A stretch of 64,000 bases of DNA from Oikopleura dioica (taxonomy: Eukaryota > Animalia > Chordata). Position 1 is the stretch's first letter. The number at the start of each line of letters is the position of its first letter. Below are positions 48,601 to 57,399 of the stretch, one piece after another. A program made the position numbers and the translations under genes. The stretch covers positions 10,788,001-10,852,000 of the forward strand of contig OU015568.1 of the NCBI GenBank assembly GCA_907165135.1. Direction: 5' to 3'. The notes under the pieces were generated by a model, which searched no databases, was not told the origin of the DNA, and saw nothing but the letters and a program-made list of their open reading frames with translations.

Positions 48601-51600
48601 TCGAAAAGATTTTCGCCTATTCTGAAGAGGCAAATTGCTATCAATGTGATCCCGATTGTGAAGAAGCGCAAGAGTTTTTTCGCTTTTCGATTGTCGATTA
48701 CGAGGCAAGTTTGACACTTTGGCGAGAAATTGAAGCGTCAAATGAGCACCATCGCATGACAATGCTCATGTTTCTGATGAATTATAATTTCAATGACGTG
48801 CGATTGCTTCGAGCGGCGATTGAAGCCTACTCTAGAATGTTTGTTCAGTCGTTCAACGTCAGCATTCATACAGATTTGAGCATTGCCAAAATCGCTCAAA
48901 ACATAGCCATGTCAATGTATCAGCCCAAAGTGCCACCAATTATCTCCATTCCACCTCAAATGGATTTTGTGTACAGAGATTGTCGCAATAAATTGAGTGG
49001 TGGCATTGTCCAAGTCTTTCATCGAGCGGTGTACCTCAATGGGCCCGATGAAGACGTTCCAGTGGCTGCTTATACAGTGCCAAATGGGTGTACTGTTTTG
49101 GCTCTGATTTTGTACGATTATACGTCGCTTTATCCTTTTGCAGTGAAGCAATTTTTGCCATGTGGCCCTGGCATTTGCTACTATCCAAGCGATCGACTGA
49201 TGGAGCTCAAACGGCAGCTAGAAGCAAAAACAAAAAACGTTGAAACGCTTGAAGCCGGATCAAAGAGAACAAGTTCTCTGATTGAAGATGTTTCAGGCAG
49301 TGATAATTCTGACGACGACTACGATGATATTAGCCACTGTAGGAAATCTGTCGACGATTCAGAATTTCGACAGCGGTTTTCATTCAACGATTTTCGCGAA
49401 GTGAGCGGCAACCTCAGTCGAAGATATTACTCGTATGGAATGTTTGCTCAGCGTGAAAATACAAACCTTGATTCTATTCGCTACTTGGAGTACTTGAATT
49501 GGGATCCCCAAAGAGAGTACTCTGGTCGCATCCAACACGCCTACAATTATCAAGAAAAAAAGATTGGAAGATTCAGTGTTGATGGATACTTTGAGAGTGA
49601 CACGTGCATCCCTGGCACAAATATTCCAGTTTGCACGATTATTGAATTCAATGGATGTACGATTCATTGGTGTCCTTGGTGTAAGACGAATCCGTGGCGA
49701 GGCCGTCGCATCAAAGAATACTGTCCAGTGGAGAAAAAACGCATTCTCAAAGTGTTGACGCTAGACGAGCTACTGGCGCGTGATAATGCGAGAATGCATG
49801 AAATTGTCGAGACAATTCGCGCACGAGACAAGATTGTCGATCCGGGTCAGGACACGAGTTGATTATTCTTTTTTTCTTTCTTATTTTGCTGTTGCTGCTG
49901 ATCAACTCGTGGTAGCTACCCTCGCCAAAGCATCAAGGCCCGCGCAATTTTTTTCATAAAATTAAAATCAAATCAATGTGTCGCTGGATGCGCAAATGGA
50001 CATGGCTGTGCTCGGGTCAGCTCAGCCACAGTAAACCCTACTCGCCCCTGTATCCGATGCTGTTCAAATCTGCTCAATCGTGGCGAAATGGTGGTAGTCA
50101 AGATGCAGGAATCACTGCCGACGAGTTCAAACAGTGGGTAAAGCGCCGAGATCCACGCCACCCATCAGAATCTGCCTTTCATGGTCTGGCAATTGTGGAT
50201 TTACTTTCACCAGCTTCCGTAATCGCCGATCATGCAGATTTGCCGCCAATTTTTGACAAAAAAATTCTCACCGCTGACGATTTCAACGGTCTAATGCGCA
50301 CCAGCTTGTCTGAGAAGGAAATTGAGCGAATGTTTCCCCAGGCGGAAAACGTGCTCTGCTACCATGCTTCCAATTATTTGATCACTGGCGAAATGCTCGA
50401 CTATCTTCAGAATAAAGGCGTACTCTATCGAGTGCACTACTTTACTCAGTATTTTAGAGCGGCTCCGTTTGAGCACTTTGTGGAAAAATTGGCCGCCGAG
50501 CGCATCAAAGCTCACATGGCGAAAAACTCTGTCCTCTCGCTCATCATCAAGCTACTAATGAATTCGATGATTGGCCGTTTTGCGCTCGCCGTCTCTCGCT
50601 TCCTGTCAACTCGCGTCGTAGATAGCTCACAAATGGCGCAAATGCTGAGAACGCCAATGCGCCGCGGTACCAAGCACCTTCGCGCCGAAGATGTCTCACT
50701 CGATCCGCTGCATGAAGTGACGCTCAACAAGCGCAACGTCACCGAAGACTTGGCCGTCCACATTCAAAATTTTGTCTATTTGGGACGCGGTTGTACTTTT
50801 TTCCTTTTCCGTTTGCTAGTTCCAAGGGGCCGGGCAAGCGCCCGGGGGTGGGACCTCCCCCCCAGGTCCCGACCGCCCGGGCGGCAGTTTAACGTAAATG
50901 ACTTTCAAAAAGGCATTTTTTAATTTTTTTAAACGTATGGGAGCCCGTATGGGAGCCCGTATGGGAGCCCGTATGGGAGCCCGTATCAACCAAAAAGGCC
51001 GCCAAAACCAACGAGAATATAATCAAAAACAAGGAAGCAGTTATCAATTCACACGAGCGGCGACGTACGTCCCGACGGCTACACAGCAATCAGAAAATGA
51101 AAAGCCTGAAGAAAAAGGTTCGAGAGAAACTTGCCAAAATTCTGGAAGAGCCATACGAAAAGCCATTACCGCCGCCTCCGATTCCAGCGCACGGAATTGA
51201 GCCGCCAGCGGCAGCGCCACTAGCGTCGCAGCCACAACTACCACCGGGACCACAAAAAGGTAAAGAGCGAGTCAATTTTGAAAATTAACGAGTCTAGAAA
51301 AACCTCTTCGCCCATTAACTTCGATAATTGCAAAGAATCCAACCGAAACCCTTCAAAAACAACTCTTCCTTCCAGACAATTGGCCGAAATATCGACTTGC
51401 GCCACCGGTCAAATACGCTTATCCAAAGCAAACACTTCTCGGCTGTAATGGGGAACTGTGTCTCTCCTGTGGAAAGTATTTTGATGCAGAATACTATTTG
51501 GAAATTGATAGATGCATTCGCGAGCAAATTATGCAGAAAAAGGACTTGTGTTTTCCGACGCGCGCACCTCCTCACGCCTTTTTGGATGAGCCGATTCTAC

Positions 51601-52578
51601 TTGTCAATTGTGGACACATAATCTGCAACTCCTGTTTGATCAACAAGGCGGCTCCAGTTCGTGTCAATACGCACACAGTCTACATGCACGACTTTCCATT
51701 TGTTATCGATCAAGAAGACATGGCCAAGATGCTCTGCCCGTTCTGCAAGTCGATCTTCAACTGGGACGGAGTTTATCATTATTAGGAAAACGTATTTTTT
51801 CGTACAACCGCTTTACAAGAATTCAAAACTGCACATGTTTAAATTTGTAGACGTTTTAAAGAAATATATGCGGCCGGGCTCTTATAGATTTTGTTACTGC
51901 GACACCGATTCTCTCATGTTGGCACTTGATAGTAAAAAATTGGACGACTGTGTTGCTGAAAAATACAAATCCGAATGGATAAGCAAGATCAAGCCCGCCT
52001 GGTTTGCAAAAACAGAGTGCCCCATCTCCGAGAAAACGCCCGGCCTGCTTAAAGTTGAAGGATCCCTTTCGGCTGGTTGGTACTTGGCATGCACGCCAAA
52101 ATGCTATCTAATGGCAAAAACGACGCACCTCGACGAAATGGAAAGAAAAATTCTTCGCTTTGCCAAGAAATACTCTAATGGTGTTTACTCGGAACAGCGC
52201 GATTCTGATGCCAAAGAAATCCTCGCAGATATGACGCTTCTTGAGCGCAGCCAAGGCTCAAAAACTCCTTACAATATTGTCAAAAAATCATCCAAGGGAT
52301 GCAATCTCGACATAAAGCTCAGGTAACTCGACAAACGAGGGAAACTATTTTTTTTTTGTAGTCTTTATGCATACATGTGGAGTGTTTTTGGCTGTGATAT
52401 GAGAAATCGTCTCGAAAAGCCCATCACTTCCTTCCAAATGGATAGAAAGCGCAATCGAATGAAGACCACCACAATGCAAAAGAGAATAATGAACCCTCTG
52501 CTCAAGAAGCGACACGTTTGCGACGATCGTATAAGCACTCTTCCCCTTTTCAATTCTGTTACAAATCAATTTTTGTAA
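45679..52578 (+). CDS. polB: Protein-primed family B DNA polymerase, about 1,900 aa, 4 exons
   Basis: Exo I VVFDIECL, exo II SWCGETYD, KGSYPYEW, exo III YNFNDVRLL, SGGIVQVFHR, motif A YDYTSLYPF, nuclease-like insert QHAYNYQEKKIGRFSVDGY...IEFNGCTIHWCPWC, motif B KLLMNSMIGRF, motif C YCDTDS and C-terminal KKRHVCDDRISTLPL. Introns at 49851-49915 (GA-AG), 50783-51819 (GG-AG) and about 52323-52360 (GT-AG). One G-run slip near 46083. Confidence 0.92.
50935..50986 (+). repeat. 12-bp tandem repeat GTATGGGAGCCC x4.3
   Basis: Exact copies start at 50935, 50947, 50959 and 50971, followed by a partial GTAT. Confidence 0.95.
51097..51785 (+). CDS. RING-finger (C3HC4-like) protein nested in the PolB intron
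   Basis: Exon 51097-51259 and GT-AG intron 51260-51297 join in frame to ...ELCLSCGKYF...EPILLVNCGHIICNSCL...MLCPFCKS. The frame is open upstream through the VWEP repeats, so the true start may be near 50900. Confidence 0.8.
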
Positions 52579-52654
52579 AGCTGTTTACGAAAAAATACGT
52601 TAATAAAAATCGTTGCTAATTTTACCCGAATATTTTTGTTTAGATTGAGCAAAC

Positions 52655-53580
52655 ATGGAAAAAAGATATAATATGAGAACAAGACGAGCGCCGCCTCAAC
52701 AACAAACCAAATATAAGCGAAATATGGCTTCAATTATAGACTTTGTAAGGCGTAGACGTAAAGAGACACAAGCTAGATTTGCCACAAATGCGCGAGAAAA
52801 TTTTGTTGCCATCAAAGACACCAACAATAGTGCTTTTGCGCTCACTCCTCAACAAATTGAATGGTTTTACCCCTCAGCAAAGAAGAAAATCAACTGGGGC
52901 TATGGCAAAGATCACATGGGAGTCGCCGCCAGAGCTGACATAAAATTTCTCAAAGAATTCATTCAAAAGCGACCAATTCCGAAAGACTACTTTGAAGAGC
53001 GAGAAAAGCAAGCCCTCATCGCAACAGATTCTCATCTACGATTCCCTCCAAGCTACTATATAAGTTGTAGTTTATTTAAATTCTTTGTTGATTTTTTGTA
53101 GAACAGCGCTGGGAAGCAACTCAAATGTACTTTAATTCAAATCAGACAAAGGGACGCCTCCCACAACACTACAATCGCTACACAATCACAGTTTTAAACG
53201 ATGTTGACTTGCCCGACCTTGTCGAAAAACTGGTGACCAATCTCAACGGAATGATTCAAATCTATCTCGACTGTTACTGTAGCGCGCTAAGCGAGGCAAC
53301 TGCAATCGACGAAATTACCGGCCAGGAATCCAAAATCGAAGTCTGCAAAATAGTTTATCCGAACATGGCGGGGAAAATCAACGATACGACCGAAATTACT
53401 GACCATATTGATCTCGAAAAATTGAGAAGCGAAGCCAAATTTGAAAATTTCACCTCTCGACTTACTCAACGAGTTTTCGAATCTCGAGAAGCTTTCCGTC
53501 AAAGCAACGTTCGTCTCAACCGAATCCTCTGCTACCAGATCACTATTAATGCTTTTCCTCCTAGCTGGAGATTTGCTTGA
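52655..53580 (+). CDS. Viral protein whose C-terminal half resembles the conserved N-terminal domain of Maverick PolB polyproteins
   Basis: Two exons joined by a GT-AG intron at about 53065-53100. Basic N-terminus (RYNMRTRR). C-terminal IQIYLDCYCSAL...EITGQ...KIVYPN...EITDHIDLEKL...SNVRLNRILCYQITIN pattern. The similarity is from memory and needs a profile search. Confidence 0.6.
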
Positions 53581-54219
53581 AATAAAAAGACAGAAATTTA
53601 TGTTTGACAACATTTATTTTTTTTGCATAATTGGCACAGTGTTTTTATACTTTTTTTGGTGTTTTTTTTTTGTTTCGCATGCAGCACAAAAAAGCAGTGT
53701 AAAATAGTAGAAAAGAAAATGTACAGTAGTGAGCACATTAAAAGAAAACCGAAAAATATCAAAAAAGTGTGTAACAACTCCAACGTAAGCTCCCAACGTC
53801 TAATGGTAAGATGAACTTGTAGAAACAGGCTAAAACAAGTCAATCAACTCAGTCCCCTCGCGTTAGAGTCGATCGACGTTGTTCCATCAGCAAAAATAAA
53901 GGACAAAAAAACATGCGCAATAGATAATAAAAGTGTTTGCATCTCATACCTTTTCCATATTAGATAAAAACCGTTGCTAATTTTGTTTAAAGCGATGAAA
54001 AAAAAACGGACACAAAAAATATTGAAAACTCAAAATTGTAAGGCAATGCGCGCACAAACAAAGAGTATTTCCAAATAGATTACTTTTCGAAAAATCAACT
54101 AACTGACCTTTATAATGATAACCAAAAAATAATGACACGAGCGATTATACTAGATGAGAAACAAAGTAGGAGCAATAATTACTTGATCCGCGCGCGCAGT
54201 GATAACAACAAGCAAGAAA

Positions 54220-56309
54220 TTAATTGCTCAGAAGATAATCGATCAGGTCTCCGGTGATTGAGTCACAATCGGCTGGTGCTCTTGTTTTTCCTATATTTTT
54301 TGGTAAATATTTTGAAATTATGAAAAAAGTCTTACCGTTTGATTGTGAAAGAACCGTCGAATCTTCTCTACGATGCGTTTCATCATCTGACTTTGAGACT
54401 TGTTGATCAGCTTTAGGCGGCTGATCGGCGTTTCCAGCGGCAACTCCATCAGTGCAGTTGTTATCGGATGCATTGACTGAGTGCTCATCCGTCTTGCCCG
54501 CCTGTTTTTTAGAAATGAGTGAAGATTTTTCTCCGGTGGTGATTTTTATACCCACAGAGTCGTTCTCCTTAAATATTCATGCTTGATTTTTTGAGTGATC
54601 AATTATATTTTTACCTCGACATTGTCGTAGACGGGTATCGGGTTTCGTGGACCCTTCTTTTTCGAATACATGATAAACTGCCCCGCGCTGTAATAGCCCG
54701 ATTGTTTAACCGTCTCTTTGAATTTGGCCGCTCGATTTTCGTAGTATTCAAGCAGATGTTTTTCTTTCATAAATGCGGAGATCCTATTCTCAACACAATC
54801 GCCAAAACTTCCATTCAGCACCAGCTCGCAATACAAGGCCAAACAACGGGAAATCATAGTATGGATAGTTTTATCAAATCCAGAATTGACAAAACTGCGA
54901 GCGTTGCTTTGTGCACATCTATATCTGTTTCTGGTTTCTTTATGGCGTAGAGTTTCAGCAGTGCCAATATGTTTTGTGTTTTGTAGTACTCGCTCATCCC
55001 AACACATTTGAAACGCATCCTGATACTTGTATCTTTCGTCTTCTGCCCATTCGGCGAGAAATTTTCTAATGAGAATTAGGGCAGCAACATTCGTAAATTT
55101 GTATTCGTCTCGATAAAGAAAGAGTCGATTCATTGCGCAGATAAATTTTTTTGTTCTTTGGTTCCATTCGTTAAACTCTCCAAAGTGGCGACCCAGTGGC
55201 CCATTTACTGTCGCGTTTTTCTTGATGTCGTTGGGAATCTTTTGAAAATGCGCCAAATGATCGAAACTATCGTCGTCGAGTCCTGCAAATTTTGCATCTG
55301 GATAAAGTGAGCTCCCAGCTGAATCGAGAAACATCAAGTACCGAAAAAAGTCGCTGTCAAAAAGAGACTTTGTATCAAACTCTGCATTGCCCACGAAGCC
55401 ATTTGAAACCATTTTTAATTTTGTGTCGAGATAAGTTGTGTCGCAAAGCGTCTTTAGCAGCCCCAGATAATCGTGTGTGATGTCAGTCCCAAAATGAAAA
55501 TCAACATCATCAGCGGCATTATTTTTATACGGAATAGCAGTCCTCTTTAATCGCGAGTAAAGTCGCCAGTTATTATCGTCTTTACGGCCTCCGACCTCGC
55601 AACTTCGATAAAATTTCAAGCCAAGAATAACCGTCCAAAATTCTATCTGAGCAATTTGTCCAGATCTTTGTTGAAGCTGGGGCAAAACGTAAACAGAATC
55701 AGGATTGATGATCATTTTTCCACATTTGTCAAATTTTGAACTTTTATGACAAATTCGCGTAGTAGGATGCCGCAGTTTGCAGCAAACTGCTTTTTTAATT
55801 TCAGTTTTGGAGGCCAGTGTTGGAGGATTCGGTTCAGGAACATAATTTGAAGTCATAAATCGCTCCAAAGCAGCAAATGAAAAAAAGGATCCAATTCCAG
55901 TAGACTCATTTAATCGATGTTTAATGTCCACCCAATTGAGCGCTTTTGGTTGAAATGGTTCTCCGCCTTCAACCATAAGAGGACACTGCTTGAATATACT
56001 ATATCGAGCCGTTACCAATGATTTCATATGTTGGCAATATCTGTACCAAGTGCGAAAGTGGAACGACAGCGGCTTTATTCTTTGACTCTTTCGCAGCGCG
56101 ATCGGCAAATCAGGAGACGTACTCGCAGGTCTTTTTCTTGTCGGAGAGGTGGCTTGAAAAAAAAGAAAAAATAAAAAACATTTTGCGCCGGGTTGCTTAC
56201 CTTTTGGCTTTTCAGGAATAATTTCTTTGAGTGTTTCGGCAGATGAAATACGGGTAGATAAGGCATTTTGATTGACCATTTGAAGATCAGCAGTAGTAAA
56301 AATCGGCAT
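54220..56309 (-). CDS. Large orphan viral protein (about 650 aa, spliced)
   Basis: ORF 54603-56309 splices (YDNVE|ENDSVGIKITT) into ORF 54220-54555. Globular-looking core with many aromatic residues and a Cys cluster CCKLRH...CH...C. Confidence 0.7.
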
Positions 56310-56404
56310 TGTAGATGAAGAATCACACGTTGAAGGAGGAGCTGTACAAGATTGAGAGCTAAATTTTGAAAAAATGAAAAGAAATTGAAAGTTTAAATCT
56401 TACT

Positions 56405-56731
56405 TTAAAGAGTCGAAAAGAAATCCTCCAGTGGAATCTCGCCTCCGGTCGCTACCCACCAAATGAAGAGCACTATCAGAACCATCAGGCATGCCATTCC
56501 TATCGCTCCAGTTATGAACGCACTCGTTAATAGACCCGGCTGGAGTCGAATTAGTCTCTGCTCTTGGGGGTAAAACACTTGAGGTCGTTCCCGAGGAGTA
56601 TACGGTGGTGGTTGATCCTCCGGAAAAGTTTCTTGACTCTCGCTCGAGTTGTAATGCGAGGTCGTGTGGCCCGACCATCCACTGCGAATCGTAGATTCCG
56701 GACTCGAGCCCAGTACAGCTGGAGTTGAGGA

Positions 56732-56768
<37 letters not shown>

Positions 56769-57247
56769 CCACAAGTCATTGGAGGTGGCGGCGGTGTCAA
56801 AGTACTCGTTGAACTGCAGGAGCTCATTGTAGGTGTTGTTAGACGGATTGGAGTGATTGTTCCACTCTGACATCGATCCACCAGTATTGTTGAAACCTCG
56901 ACACCAGTTTCGCTGATTGGAGTCGTCCTCCCGCTTGTTGACGGCTCCCCCCGAGCAAAATAATTCGTCATATAGAGCAGTTGTTCCTCCCATTGAGCCT
57001 CCGGTTCCTCGTATTCCTCCGGCATGTCCATCGACAGAATCGGCTCCTCGTAAATCTCGTCTATGTAGTCCTCCTCTTTCATCAGAGCCATCTCGGGAGC
57101 TGCTTCGAGGGCATCCGTAAATGGAGTCTCGCTGTTCTCCCAAAGCGTGTTCGTCTTTATTTTCAAATTTAATAAAACAAAATTGAAATACAAATTAACC
57201 TGTGTTAGATCTGGATACTCCTGCTGTTTGTTCTGCTGACTTTCCAT
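56405..57247 (-). CDS. Viral tail-anchored membrane protein with PPxY motif
   Basis: Acidic N-terminus, poly-Ser tract, DQPPPYTP and C-terminal TM AFITGAIGMACLMVLIVLFIWWVA. Confidence 0.65.
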
Positions 57248-57399
57248 TCTCGATGCCTTTTTAAAAAAAAAATGTTACAAATAAGTCGCTTGGATGAAAG
57301 TGTGTCTCTTTATTCAAATCTTACTTTTCATACACAGGCTGGTGTCCTGTCGGAAGGTGAGAAAAAATATCAAAAATGCTCACAGGAAAAAGGTTCAAA

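Noticed and set aside
50811-50885. Helitron 3' end (hairpin plus CTAG)
   Set aside because: On the strand where the hairpin precedes CTAG the next base is C, not the expected T, and no 5' TC end or Rep/helicase was found.
53598-54210. Small hydrophobic minus-strand viral gene
   Set aside because: There are splice-like signals and a hydrophobic ORF, but the T-rich composition explains the hydrophobicity and no consistent start could be assigned.
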